DNA from: Atribacterota bacterium
GTDB lineage: Bacteria > Atribacterota > Phoenicimicrobiia > Phoenicimicrobiales > Stramentimicrobiaceae
Direction of reading: 5' to 3'
DNA: 64,000 nucleotides
Assembly: GCA_040767965.1 (NCBI GenBank)
Contig: JAXGNR010000004.1
Location: 768,001 to 832,000 of the forward strand
The position numbers and the translations under genes were made by a program. The notes under the pieces are model-generated. The model was not told the DNA's origin, searched no databases, and worked only from the letters and a program-made list of their open reading frames with translations. This document shows, piece by piece, positions 32,064-42,374 of this stretch (its first letter is position 1; each line of letters starts with the position of its first letter).

Positions 32064-33281
32064 TTACAACCATTCAAAAGGATCAACAGGCTTACCTTCT
32101 ACTCTTATTTCAAAATGTAATCTTGGAGAAGGAACTCCACCACTTTTGCCTACCTGCCCTATAATTTGTCCTTTTGAAACCTGATCATTTAATTTAACTA
32201 TAATTTTTGATAAATGGGCATATAACGTAACTACATTGCCTCCATGATCAACTATAATAATATCACCATAGCCTTTAACATTTCCAGTATAAATAACTAT
32301 GCCAAACGAAGCTGCTTTGACTGGATCACCTAAAGAAGCATTTATATCTATACCGGAATTAAATACAAAAGCATTTAAATCTGCTTGCTTTTGTTCACCA
32401 TAGTTGGCCAATATTGTACCTTTTACAGGCAATTCAAAAATACCTTTTTTAGCTTGTAATGCTGGATCTTTCTTTACAGGAGAATCAACTGCAGATTTTT
32501 TTTGTTCCTCAATTTGCCTTATTTTTTCTTTTTCCTTATAAGCAGTTTCAATAATATTTTTAATTTGAGCTGAAGATTTTTCTAATTCTTCAAGAATAGA
32601 CAACTGTTTTTTTTGCTCTTGCTCAATTTTAATAATATATTTATTTTTTGCATCTAAAGACATTTGAATATTTTCTTTTTCTTTTGAAATTTCCTTTTCC
32701 AACATTGTTATTATATCTTTTTTATTTTGCAAACTTTCCTTTTGTTTTCTCACAAACTCTACTTGTTCATCAACTTGCTTTATAATATCAAAGTCATTCT
32801 CCAAAATGCATTCCAAATAGCGATATCTGTTTAAAAACTGTGCAAAATCTTTACTTTCAAATAAAACAGAAAGATAAGATGCACTGCTGTGTTTATAAAA
32901 TTTATTCAACCTGTTTTTTAATATTATTAATTGTAAATCAAGTTTATTTTGTTCTATTTCCAATTCTTCTTCCAATTTTTCTATTTCTTTAATGGTGTTA
33001 CTATAACTTTTTTGGGCTTCCTTTAATTCTCTTTCGGCATCATTGTAAAGTTTTTCTATTTGTTCTAAAGAATTATTATAATCAATTTTCTCCTGTTTTA
33101 ATTTGTCTATCTCTGCCTGGATGCTCATTTTTCTTTTTTCAACTTCTTTTAATCTTTCCTCTTGCTGTAAAATGTTAACTTCCTGAGACTCTGCTATCAT
33201 CTCAATTTGTAATATAATTCCAAAAAAGAATATAAAAAATATAATTAAAAAGCTATTTATTTTATTTTTTTTAATTATCAT
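32064..33281 (-). CDS. envC: Murein hydrolase activator EnvC-like (coiled coil + M23/LytM)
   Basis: Long coiled coil, degenerate M23 (NSGIDI instead of HxxxD), YAHL, LHFEIR; follows ftsX. Confidence 0.82.
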   Translation of the reverse strand: MIIKKNKINSFLIIFFIFFFGIILQIEMIAESQEVNILQQEERLKEVEKRKMSIQAEIDKLKQEKIDYNNSLEQIEKLYNDAERELKEAQKSYSNTIKEIEKLEEELEIEQNKLDLQLIILKNRLNKFYKHSSASYLSVLFESKDFAQFLNRYRYLECILENDFDIIKQVDEQVEFVRKQKESLQNKKDIITMLEKEISKEKENIQMSLDAKNKYIIKIEQEQKKQLSILEELEKSSAQIKNIIETAYKEKEKIRQIEEQKKSAVDSPVKKDPALQAKKGIFELPVKGTILANYGEQKQADLNAFVFNSGIDINASLGDPVKAASFGIVIYTGNVKGYGDIIIVDHGGNVVTLYAHLSKIIVKLNDQVSKGQIIGQVGKSGGVPSPRLHFEIRVEGKPVDPFEWL

Positions 33282-34165
33282 ATTTCTTCAAACCTTATTT
33301 TTCTTAAAGAAATCATGCTGCCCAGTATACCAATTGTGGTCCCTAGTAATAGTAATATTAAAGAAACTTTGAATATTAAACTTTCGTTTATTGCAAAAGT
33401 AAGTATAGGTAGCAGCTCAAACATTTTACTCAAATAATAAGAATAAAATCTAAATAAAACAGCAGTTGCCATTAAAGAAGACAGAAGTCCTTTTAAAAAC
33501 CCTTCGATTATAAAAGGCCAACGAATAAACCAGCTTGTTGCTCCAACCAAAGCCATTATTTCTATTTCTTTGTTTCGAGAATGGACGCTAATTTTAATCA
33601 CGCTAACCATAATCAAAATTGCTGTGAATATTGAAACTATAATTATTATTAATCCAGTATTTCTGATAAAGTCAAAAACAAGAGTTAAGTTTTTTGTTAA
33701 TTGACCACCATAATCCACTTCTTCTATTTCTTCATATTGTTGTAGCTGAAAAGCTATTTCTTCTAAGAAAGAAGAATTATCTACTGAGATTTCTATGGAA
33801 GAAGGAAGAGGATTTTCCAGAATTCCGGCTAGGATTTCTTTATGCTCAGATAAATCATCTTTTAGTAATTTAAATGCTTCTTCTTTAGAAACATATTTAA
33901 CATCCTTTATTCCCTGTAATTCTAAAAGATTTTCAGATAAAACAGTTGCTTTTTCTTCAGAGACACCATCTTTTAAATAAGCAACTGCTATTAACTGTGA
34001 TTCAATAGTCTCCAAAAATAAGTTTAAATTTAAAAATATGAGCAATAGTACACCAACAATAATCAATGTTGCAGACAAACTAACAATAGTTGCCAAACTC
34101 ATAATTCCATTTTTTTTTGTACTAAAAAAAGCTTCTTTAATAAAAAATAGAATATTCCTTAGCAT
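33278..34165 (-). CDS. ftsX: Cell division permease FtsX
   Basis: SKEEA, NPLP, EIEIMALVGAT..FIRWPF..EG. Confidence 0.92.
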   Translation of the reverse strand: MLRNILFFIKEAFFSTKKNGIMSLATIVSLSATLIIVGVLLLIFLNLNLFLETIESQLIAVAYLKDGVSEEKATVLSENLLELQGIKDVKYVSKEEAFKLLKDDLSEHKEILAGILENPLPSSIEISVDNSSFLEEIAFQLQQYEEIEEVDYGGQLTKNLTLVFDFIRNTGLIIIIVSIFTAILIMVSVIKISVHSRNKEIEIMALVGATSWFIRWPFIIEGFLKGLLSSLMATAVLFRFYSYYLSKMFELLPILTFAINESLIFKVSLILLLLGTTIGILGSMISLRKIRFEEI

Positions 34166-34845
34166 TATTTTGGATATATCCCCTTCTGAGTATCTGATGT
34201 CACTTTTCCTTGTTCTATCCTAATAACTCTTTTTTGTGCCTGGTCAACCATCAATTTATCATGAGATGCCACAATTACCGTGGTTCCCCATATATTTATT
34301 TTAAGCAACAATTGTAAAATATCCCATGATGTTTCCGGGTCAAGGTTTCCAGTAGGTTCATCTGTAATTAAAATTAAAGGATGGATTACAACTGCCCTTG
34401 CAATGCATAACTTTTGCTGCTCTCCTCCTGAAAGGAAATGGGGATTAGTGTTTTTTTTATGTGTAAGACCTATTATATCTAAAATATTATTCACTTCTCT
34501 TTTAATCACAGAATTTTTCGCACCTACCACTCTTAAACTAAAAGCAACATTTTCAAAAACATTCCTATCGAATAAAAGCTTAAAATCTTGAAAAACTACA
34601 CCAATTTCCCTTCTTAAATAAGGAACTAAAGATGTTTTAAGTCTGGCAAGGTTTACTCCATCAATAATAACCTGACCCTTTGTTGGCAATATTCCACGGT
34701 AAATTAATTTTAAAAAAGTTGTTTTTCCAGCACCAGTTGGCCCTACTAAAAAAACAAATTCTCCTTTTTTTATATGAATATTCACATCACATAGAGCATG
34801 AACTTTATTCGGAAATGTTTTAAAAACATGAAACATTCGTATCAA
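34165..34845 (-). CDS. ftsE: Cell division ATP-binding protein FtsE
   Basis: GPTGAGKT, VFQDFKLL, LSGGEQQ, DEPTGNLD. Confidence 0.95.
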   Translation of the reverse strand: MIRMFHVFKTFPNKVHALCDVNIHIKKGEFVFLVGPTGAGKTTFLKLIYRGILPTKGQVIIDGVNLARLKTSLVPYLRREIGVVFQDFKLLFDRNVFENVAFSLRVVGAKNSVIKREVNNILDIIGLTHKKNTNPHFLSGGEQQKLCIARAVVIHPLILITDEPTGNLDPETSWDILQLLLKINIWGTTVIVASHDKLMVDQAQKRVIRIEQGKVTSDTQKGIYPK

Positions 34846-34849
34846 TTTT

Positions 34850-36004
34850 TTAATTCCTTCCTAAAACATTTTCGTCAATAAACTTGTTAAATAAATAAGT
34901 ATTTAAGCTGGCTTTTTGCTCAAATTGAATTCTTTTTTCCTTTAATCGAGATTTAATCATTTTCTCATTTATATCTATATATTTTAACTTATCCTCAATA
35001 TTTTTTACAGTTAATTGATTCAGATTTATTAACAATTCGTTAAGAGATAAAGAATTTACATAATCTTTTACTTTAGAATTATACTCAATTGCAATGAAAG
35101 GTATTTCGTTTATTGTGGCAAATATAATTGAGTGAAGTCTCATTCCAATAATTAAAGTAAATTCGGAAATAAGGGACAATATTTCTTTAGGGTTTAGTTT
35201 TTCATCAATTATCCTGGCTGATGTAAATTTCATTTTGTTTTTAATATCCTTGATAATTGCTATATCTGCATCTGATTGGAAAGGAATAAAAAACAATGTA
35301 GATTTATGTTTTTCTATTAAATAATCTGCTATTTTAGCTAATTGTGTTATTTTTTTTTCATAATCTTTTGCTATATCATTGCAATTTCTTATTACTATTC
35401 CTATTTTTAAATTGTTATTATCAATAAAGGATAATTTGTCCATTTCGTACTTTTTTTTAATAGTGTTAGGAATATTTGCTTTTTTTAATAAAAAGGCTAT
35501 ATCTGCATTGACTATGATATTTTTATTCAGAACATTCATTTTTTCCAAAAATACTTTTGATTCATCATCTCTAACTATAATTAAATTTACATTTTTAAAA
35601 GCATTTTTTACAAGCAATTGATTGAATTTATTTTTAATAGGCCCAATACTCTGACCATAGACAATAGCAGGGACTTTAAATAATCCAGCCAAAAATATAA
35701 GACCGGCATAGTACAGTACACTAAATCCCTTACCTGTAACATCCTGTAACAGTCCTCCTCCTCCACTGATAATAACACTTGTCTGTTTTAGTTTATTAAT
35801 TATTGATAAAAGATCTGTTCTTAATATAGAATCAACCTGATATAAGTCTTTTGTTTTTTCAGGTTGATTTGAAAGAACTGTTATTTTTTCTTTAGGAATA
35901 TATTTTGAAAATTCTTGGATCATTACCATCAAAATGGCTTCATCCCCACAATTATCAAATCCATAATATCCTGAAATCATAATTGACTTATTTTTGTTAA
36001 TCAA
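34850..36004 (-). CDS. csaB: Polysaccharide pyruvyl transferase CsaB
   Basis: SGYYGFDNCGDEA, SGGGGLLQD, QSIGP, VRD, GMRLHS. Confidence 0.9.
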   Translation of the reverse strand: MINKNKSIMISGYYGFDNCGDEAILMVMIQEFSKYIPKEKITVLSNQPEKTKDLYQVDSILRTDLLSIINKLKQTSVIISGGGGLLQDVTGKGFSVLYYAGLIFLAGLFKVPAIVYGQSIGPIKNKFNQLLVKNAFKNVNLIIVRDDESKVFLEKMNVLNKNIIVNADIAFLLKKANIPNTIKKKYEMDKLSFIDNNNLKIGIVIRNCNDIAKDYEKKITQLAKIADYLIEKHKSTLFFIPFQSDADIAIIKDIKNKMKFTSARIIDEKLNPKEILSLISEFTLIIGMRLHSIIFATINEIPFIAIEYNSKVKDYVNSLSLNELLINLNQLTVKNIEDKLKYIDINEKMIKSRLKEKRIQFEQKASLNTYLFNKFIDENVLGRN

Positions 36005-37974
36005 TTTTTAAATACTCTTTTCCTGTATCGATCATATGCAATAAAAAATATAAATCCTAAAAGAATGCTAATAATAATCCCTAACCAAAATCCATTAAAG
36101 GTTCTTAGCAGTGAAAAATAAAAAGGTGTGTGAACATGGCAAAAGGTATTTATAATTGTAACTGGAGCAACTGTGCCCATTATAATAAATAATATTTTTG
36201 TATATTGAAAGTTAAAATAATTCATTGCAATTGCTATCGAGATCAAGGGGTATCCGATTAAAAATTCTTTATTTCTTGGCCTTGCTATTAAAGTGTTTTC
36301 AAGAAAAAGCCTCATTTTCTCTTCAATGACAGGGACAGGTAAAAATGAAAAATTACCTGAACGTGCAATATAAATCACACCAAATATCAAAAGAATAGCT
36401 GCTAAAAATGCGTGTTCAAACAGTATCGGCTTTTTAAAGTCATCAAAAACATCTTTTTTGCCAATTTTACTTACCCACCAAAAATAAAAAGCAACCAACG
36501 CTAATGGTAAAATATAAGCAATCTTAACCCCGCTGAACAATTGAATCGCTAACATGAATTTGTAATCAGTTAGCAGTGCCCCGCTAATAATTCCACCTAT
36601 CAAAGATATTAGCATAATACCGGAAATTCCAAACAAAATATTTTTTATCAACTCCATTAAATTATTTTTTTTGTTAATAGAGTAGTTTATTAAATATTTC
36701 TTGTTTTTTATAATTGCTAAAACAGGAAATACTACAGCACTTATCAATGAAAGTATTTTTATTAAAAATATTTCTCCCATTACTTTTTTTGTTAAAATAA
36801 AAAATAGTAAGCTTACTATAAATAAGAAAATTGAGTATTTCTTAAAAATATCAAAGAAGTCAATGAGCAGCAATAAACCTGCAGAAATAATTCCTAGCCC
36901 TATTAAAATAATTAAATTATTTGATGTCTGATAGCTGGGGAGCAAGCTAGCCTGGCCAATAGTATACTTTTTTTGAATAAGATTACTAGTTATACTTTCA
37001 ATATAATCCAAATTATATTGTATTAAATTATCTGTTCTTGTTTTTAAAAAAGGATTTAGGTAAAAAATTCTAATATTTCTCTCTTGCGCTGCTCTAATCC
37101 ACCTGTCAACAGCTATGCCAGGTGATATTTTTTCCATCTCTTCACTTGTAATACTATGCACCCTAACAGATAACTGACCAATATTATCAGCTATATTTTG
37201 AATACCTTTTTGAGAGGTGAATTCAATTATTCCAAAGGGCATATTTTTATTTTGCATAAATTGACTTGTTTCAAGAATCATTCTTTCTGATGGATATCCA
37301 AGAACTTCCTCTTCATCAAAGATTATTGCAGATATATTTTCTAACTTTTCTATATATGATAACTTATGTTGTAGTATTTCTGAATTTATTTTTGCAGGAT
37401 TTTTTGGTCTTAATATAACATTGTAATCTAATTCTTGTATTTTTTTAATATCTTCATTAGAAAAATTCAAGCCCATTTTTATTATATCTTCATTACCGGA
37501 AACCAAAAGACAGTAATCTTCATTGCTAAATACATTCTTTTGTAATAATACATTGCTTGAATTTTGTCGAAAAACATCCTCAATCCTTTTTATTAAAAAA
37601 TAATCTCGTGATACAATCATCCATTGTCCAGCAGTGATCTGCTTTTCATTAAAAAAATGCAAATCATGGATTAGGTTAATTTCTATTAAATCTTTTGCAG
37701 CTAAAAATGCTATTCTGCCTTGCGCCAATAGACTCTCTATAGTGTCTTCATGGATTGCAATACTGGTAATTCCTTTTGATTTAAATTGTGTAAGCAGCTC
37801 ATTTTCATTGTAATTCTCTTTAAGAGACAATTCTCTAACTTTATTCAAACTAATAACCAGTTCGATTTGTTTAAAATTTTTTTCCAGATTTATTCGCTGA
37901 ACACTAATTATTAAGGATACTATTATGGAAATCAATATAAAAAATATGAATATATATTTATAATTAAATTTCAC
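36001..37974 (-). CDS. DUF5693 family membrane protein (CsaB-associated)
   Basis: VLGYP, GIIEF, VRVHSI, ERNIR, FSGVK, RPRNKEFLIGYP, NTFCHVHTP. Confidence 0.8.
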   Translation of the reverse strand: MKFNYKYIFIFFILISIIVSLIISVQRINLEKNFKQIELVISLNKVRELSLKENYNENELLTQFKSKGITSIAIHEDTIESLLAQGRIAFLAAKDLIEINLIHDLHFFNEKQITAGQWMIVSRDYFLIKRIEDVFRQNSSNVLLQKNVFSNEDYCLLVSGNEDIIKMGLNFSNEDIKKIQELDYNVILRPKNPAKINSEILQHKLSYIEKLENISAIIFDEEEVLGYPSERMILETSQFMQNKNMPFGIIEFTSQKGIQNIADNIGQLSVRVHSITSEEMEKISPGIAVDRWIRAAQERNIRIFYLNPFLKTRTDNLIQYNLDYIESITSNLIQKKYTIGQASLLPSYQTSNNLIILIGLGIISAGLLLLIDFFDIFKKYSIFLFIVSLLFFILTKKVMGEIFLIKILSLISAVVFPVLAIIKNKKYLINYSINKKNNLMELIKNILFGISGIMLISLIGGIISGALLTDYKFMLAIQLFSGVKIAYILPLALVAFYFWWVSKIGKKDVFDDFKKPILFEHAFLAAILLIFGVIYIARSGNFSFLPVPVIEEKMRLFLENTLIARPRNKEFLIGYPLISIAIAMNYFNFQYTKILFIIMGTVAPVTIINTFCHVHTPFYFSLLRTFNGFWLGIIISILLGFIFFIAYDRYRKRVFKN

Positions 37975-38291
37975 TACCCTGCTACCTCTTTTGTTTTTAA
38001 AAAATCAAATATTTTAATACACAATATTTATTTGTAAAAAAAACACCCTTCTAATATACCATAAAGGGGCATTCTAAAAAATATTTTTAATATAATTTTT
38101 CTAATAGATTTCTTCCACAAAAATAAATATGTTTTTTACGATTTTTGCAATAAAATGCTTTTTACTAAAACCAATAATAACATTTAGAAAATTAATAATT
38201 TATTTATTCTAATAATAATTGAACATTCTCATCGTCTTTATATTTAAAATAACCTTATCTGAAAATTATAAAAAATATTTTTTTAATAATA

Positions 38292-39410
38292 TTATTGCAA
38301 TAGAGTCAGCATCACGCCAGCTGTTATCGTAGTTGCAATTGCACCTGCTACATTTGGGCCCATAGCATGCATTAAAAGAAAATTGCGAGGATTGGCTTTC
38401 TGGCCAACTGTTTGCGCTACTCTGGCTGACATAGGTACTGCAGACACCCCTGCCGCTCCAATTAAAGGATTGATTTTGCCTCCTGAAAGCTTGTACATAA
38501 CTCTGCCGAATATTACCCCACCAAAAGTTCCAAATGCAAATGCTATCAATCCTAATGTAATTATTTTTAAGGTTTCAACTGTTAAAAAATACTCTGCCTG
38601 CATTGTTGCACCAACGCAAATTCCTAAAAAGATTGTTACAATATTAATTAGCTCATTTTGTGCTGTATTTGACAATCTGTTTACTACCAAGCTTTCTCTG
38701 AATAAATTACCTAACATCATGGTGCATACCAGTGGCACCGATTTTGGTAGTACTAATCCCACAAAAATGGTACTGATAATAGGAAATAATATTTTTTCAG
38801 CTCTGGAGACCGGTCGCAGTTGTTTCATTACAGATTTTCTTTGTTCTTCAGTAGTGAACATTTTCATTATGGGAGGTTGTATTAAAGGAACTAGAGACAT
38901 ATAAGAATAAGAAGCAACTGCAATTGCGCCCAAAAGATGTGGTGCTAGCTTGGAAGCCAGATAGATAGAAGTAGGACCGCTAGCTCCACCTATAATAGCA
39001 ACTGCTGCAGATTCCTGTAAGTTGAATCCTAACAGTACCGCACCAAGCAAAGCAATAGAAACACCTAATTGAGCAGCTGCCCCCAGAAGAAAAGTTAGCG
39101 GATTAGCCAATAGGGGTCCAAAATCTGTCATCGCACCAATTCCCATAAAAATTAGAATAGGAAATAGTTCATGTCTGATACCAAAAGAAAGGATTTGCAA
39201 GAAACCTCCTTCTTCCATCAATCCAGTGAAAGGTAAATTTACCAAAATTGAACCAAAAGCAATTGGTATTAATAATAACGGTTCATATTTCTTAACAATA
39301 GCCAGGTAAAGCAATATACCACCCAAAATAATCATTATAATATTTTTCACTGTTAAGCCGGTAAATCCTGACATATTGATAATCGATGATAATAATATTG
39401 TAAAGTTCAT
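38292..39410 (-). CDS. mmdB: Na+-translocating decarboxylase beta subunit
   Basis: YEPLLL, MTDFGPL, AAAQ, IIGGASGPTSI, AVPMSAR, MGPNVAG. Confidence 0.92.
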   Translation of the reverse strand: MNFTILLSSIINMSGFTGLTVKNIIMIILGGILLYLAIVKKYEPLLLIPIAFGSILVNLPFTGLMEEGGFLQILSFGIRHELFPILIFMGIGAMTDFGPLLANPLTFLLGAAAQLGVSIALLGAVLLGFNLQESAAVAIIGGASGPTSIYLASKLAPHLLGAIAVASYSYMSLVPLIQPPIMKMFTTEEQRKSVMKQLRPVSRAEKILFPIISTIFVGLVLPKSVPLVCTMMLGNLFRESLVVNRLSNTAQNELINIVTIFLGICVGATMQAEYFLTVETLKIITLGLIAFAFGTFGGVIFGRVMYKLSGGKINPLIGAAGVSAVPMSARVAQTVGQKANPRNFLLMHAMGPNVAGAIATTITAGVMLTLLQ

Positions 39411-39428
39411 CTATATTCCCCTTTCTGG

Positions 39429-39848
39429 TTAATGCTCGATTAGCAGCAGAATATCATCAGTTTCAACGACATCATTTATTGCAACAAATATTTTTTTAAC
39501 TTTTCCAGCATTATCAGCAATGATCTCATTTTCCATTTTCATTGCTTCCAGAATCAGAATTACATCACCTTCATTTACACTATCTCCTTCTATCACATTT
39601 ATTTTTAAAATTTTCCCAGGCATTGGAGCTTTTACTTCTTCATCTTCAGATATATCCTGATCACCAATATGTTTTACTTCTTTATTCAGGACTTTATTTG
39701 CTTCAGCATGCTTTTCTGCTTCTATTTTTTCAGGTTTTTTTTCCTCTTGAAAACTAGAATCAGACGAAACCTGTTGCTTTGTTTCTAAAATTTCTTCTAC
39801 TTCTACCATATATTCCTGTCCATTAACCTTAACTTTGTACTGTTTCAT
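39429..39848 (-). CDS. mmdC: Biotin carboxyl carrier subunit
   Basis: APMPG, LEAMKMENEI. Confidence 0.92.
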   Translation of the reverse strand: MKQYKVKVNGQEYMVEVEEILETKQQVSSDSSFQEEKKPEKIEAEKHAEANKVLNKEVKHIGDQDISEDEEVKAPMPGKILKINVIEGDSVNEGDVILILEAMKMENEIIADNAGKVKKIFVAINDVVETDDILLLIEH

Positions 39849-39852
39849 TGTA

Positions 39853-40266
39853 CTATAGCCCTCCTTCTTTCCTGGGACTTATTGAAATTTTATTAAAAAT
39901 GCGATTTTGCAAACCTGAGACAACCCATGGACTTATATAATCTGATGACACTCTTTTTATATTAAGTATTTTTACCTGCTTTATGTTTCCTTCAAGGTAA
40001 TTTACTAAAGAAGCTGTTATAACAGCAACTAATATATCATCGGGATTATTGCTTTTTTGATTAGAGTTTTTCAATACTGTATTTTTTGTAATTTTTATTT
40101 CATTTTTTAAAGGAAGTACTCTCTCTGCTTTACTGGTTTTTTTTGAAGCAAGATTTATAATTTTCTGAACTCCCATAACTAAGGCTGCCAGTAATGATAA
40201 TATAAAAAAAACTAAAATTATGGATATAAAAGCTATTTTAAAAGCGCCTTCTATTCCTGAATACAT
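39853..40266 (-). CDS. mmdD: OadG/MmdD-type decarboxylase membrane-anchor subunit
   Basis: N-terminal TM, LVAVITA motif, position between alpha and biotin subunits. Confidence 0.78.
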   Translation of the reverse strand: MYSGIEGAFKIAFISIILVFFILSLLAALVMGVQKIINLASKKTSKAERVLPLKNEIKITKNTVLKNSNQKSNNPDDILVAVITASLVNYLEGNIKQVKILNIKRVSSDYISPWVVSGLQNRIFNKISISPRKEGGL

Positions 40267-40293
40267 TTTAATACCCCTTCTTTTGATTGGAAG

Positions 40294-41850
40294 TTAAACA
40301 GGGAAATTCCCATGTTTTTTACCAGGCATATTCTCACTTTTTGTTGATAACATTTCAAATGTAGTGATTAATATTGGTCTAGTTTCTCTCGGATCGATAA
40401 TTTTATCTACATAACCTCTGCCAGCAGCTACATATGGGTTAGAAAATCTTTCACTATATTCCTTGATCTTTTCACGTCGATATTCATTTGGGTCTTCAGA
40501 ATCAGATATTTCTTTTTTAAATATTATATTTGCTGCACCCTGAGATCCCATAACTGCTATTTCCGCAGTAGGCCAGGCAATAACCTGATCAGCTCTTTGG
40601 TGTTTGCTACACATAGCTAAATATGCTCCGCCATAAGCCTTTCTGATGACAACAGTTACCTTAGGAACAGTAGCTTCTGAATATGCATACAACAATTTTG
40701 CACCATGCCTAATAATCCCACCATATTCCTGAGCAGTACCTGGTAAGAATCCCGGTACATCAACCAATGTCAGGAGAGGTATATTAAAAGCATCACAAAA
40801 TCTGACAAAGCGTGCAGCTTTATCAGAGGCATCAATATCAAGACAACCGGCAAGGACTTTAGGTTGATTAGCAATAACCCCAACAGGCTTACCATTTAGT
40901 CTTGCAAACCCTGTTATTATATTTTTAGCAAAATGTTTATGTAATTCAAAAAAGTCACCACTATCGATAATGCAATGTATTATATCCTTCATTTCATATG
41001 GTTTATTAGGGTCATCAGGAACAATATTCAACAAGGATTCTTCTATTCTATTCTGGTTATCTTTATTTTCAGCAACAGGAGGTATTTCCATATTATTAGA
41101 TGGAAAGAAGCTAATCATTTTTCTAACAGAATCAAATACTTCCTGTTCATTCTCTGCAGCAAAATGAGCAACTCCACTTTTTTGATTATGAGTCATTGCC
41201 CCGCCCAATTTTTCAGAAGAAACATTTTCACCAGTAACAGCTTTTATTACATTAGGGCCAGTTATATGCATTATTCCTGTCTTTTTAACCATAAAAACAA
41301 AATCCATTATAGCTGGTGAATATACTGCTCCGCCAGCAGTAGGGCCAACAACAATTGATATTTGTGGTATTACTCCTGAGGCAATTGTATTCCTGTAAAA
41401 AATTTCTCCATAACCGCTAAGAGAGTCAACGCCTTCCTGTATTCTCGCGCCTCCAGAATCATTAATACCGATAATGGGAGCTCCCATTTTCATGGCCATA
41501 TCCATTACTTTGCATATTTTTTGGGCATGCATTTCTCCTAATGAGCCACCAATTACAGTAAAATCCTGAGAAAACACATAAACCAAACGTCCTTCTATTG
41601 TTCCATAACCTGTGACGACACCATCAGCAGGGATTTCTTTATTCTCCATGTCAAAGTTTATACATCGGTGTTCTATTAAAAGATCCAATTCAGAGAAACT
41701 ATCATTGTCTAATAATAAATCAATTCTCTCTCTTGCGGTTAATTTTCCTTTTTCATGCTGTGAATTAATTCTTTTTTCCCCGCCTCCAGCCATAGCTTTT
41801 TCCGTTTTTTCTTGCAATTGTTTCAACAATTCATTGATCGATTTGTCCAT
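40294..41850 (-). CDS. mmdA: Methylmalonyl-CoA decarboxylase alpha (carboxyltransferase) subunit
   Basis: GKLTARER, QDFTVIGGSLG, DSGGARIQEG, DVPGFLPG, RKAYGGAY, KKHGN. Confidence 0.92.
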   Translation of the reverse strand: MDKSINELLKQLQEKTEKAMAGGGEKRINSQHEKGKLTARERIDLLLDNDSFSELDLLIEHRCINFDMENKEIPADGVVTGYGTIEGRLVYVFSQDFTVIGGSLGEMHAQKICKVMDMAMKMGAPIIGINDSGGARIQEGVDSLSGYGEIFYRNTIASGVIPQISIVVGPTAGGAVYSPAIMDFVFMVKKTGIMHITGPNVIKAVTGENVSSEKLGGAMTHNQKSGVAHFAAENEQEVFDSVRKMISFFPSNNMEIPPVAENKDNQNRIEESLLNIVPDDPNKPYEMKDIIHCIIDSGDFFELHKHFAKNIITGFARLNGKPVGVIANQPKVLAGCLDIDASDKAARFVRFCDAFNIPLLTLVDVPGFLPGTAQEYGGIIRHGAKLLYAYSEATVPKVTVVIRKAYGGAYLAMCSKHQRADQVIAWPTAEIAVMGSQGAANIIFKKEISDSEDPNEYRREKIKEYSERFSNPYVAAGRGYVDKIIDPRETRPILITTFEMLSTKSENMPGKKHGNFPV

Positions 41851-41969
41851 TAAGCTTGCACCTCTTTCATTAACCAACTGGTCTCTGCTTTGAAATATTT
41901 ATATTGAATATTTTTTAAAGTAATAAATGTTAATCTGATATTTGTTCATTGTGATGAATTTGTTTTTCT

Positions 41970-42374
41970 TTAAGAATTATGTTCGCAGAGTTCAATTAAG
42001 ACGCCACTGGTACACTGAGGGTGCAAAAAAGCAATTCTTGCTCCTCCAGCACCACATCGTGGCTTTTTATCAATTAATTGAAATCCTTTTTTCTCTAAAT
42101 CAACTAATTTAGCCTCAAGGTTTTTCACTTCAAATGCAATATGGTGAACTCCTTCTCCATTTTTTTCAATAAATTTAGCGATTTTTCCATCAGTAGAAGT
42201 AGATTCTAATAATTCAATTTCACTATCACCTACCGGGAGAAAAGCTACTTTTACATTTTGTCCATCTACAACTTCTTCACCTTTACACTCTACACCCAGT
42301 ATGTTTTTAAATATAGAAATGGAATCTTCAATATTTTTTACCGCTATCCCTATATGGCTAATTTTGTTAAACAT
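41970..42374 (-). CDS. mce: Methylmalonyl-CoA epimerase
   Basis: HIGIAV, EIELLE, GEGVHHIAF, AFLHP, GVLIEL. Confidence 0.93.
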   Translation of the reverse strand: MFNKISHIGIAVKNIEDSISIFKNILGVECKGEEVVDGQNVKVAFLPVGDSEIELLESTSTDGKIAKFIEKNGEGVHHIAFEVKNLEAKLVDLEKKGFQLIDKKPRCGAGGARIAFLHPQCTSGVLIELCEHNS

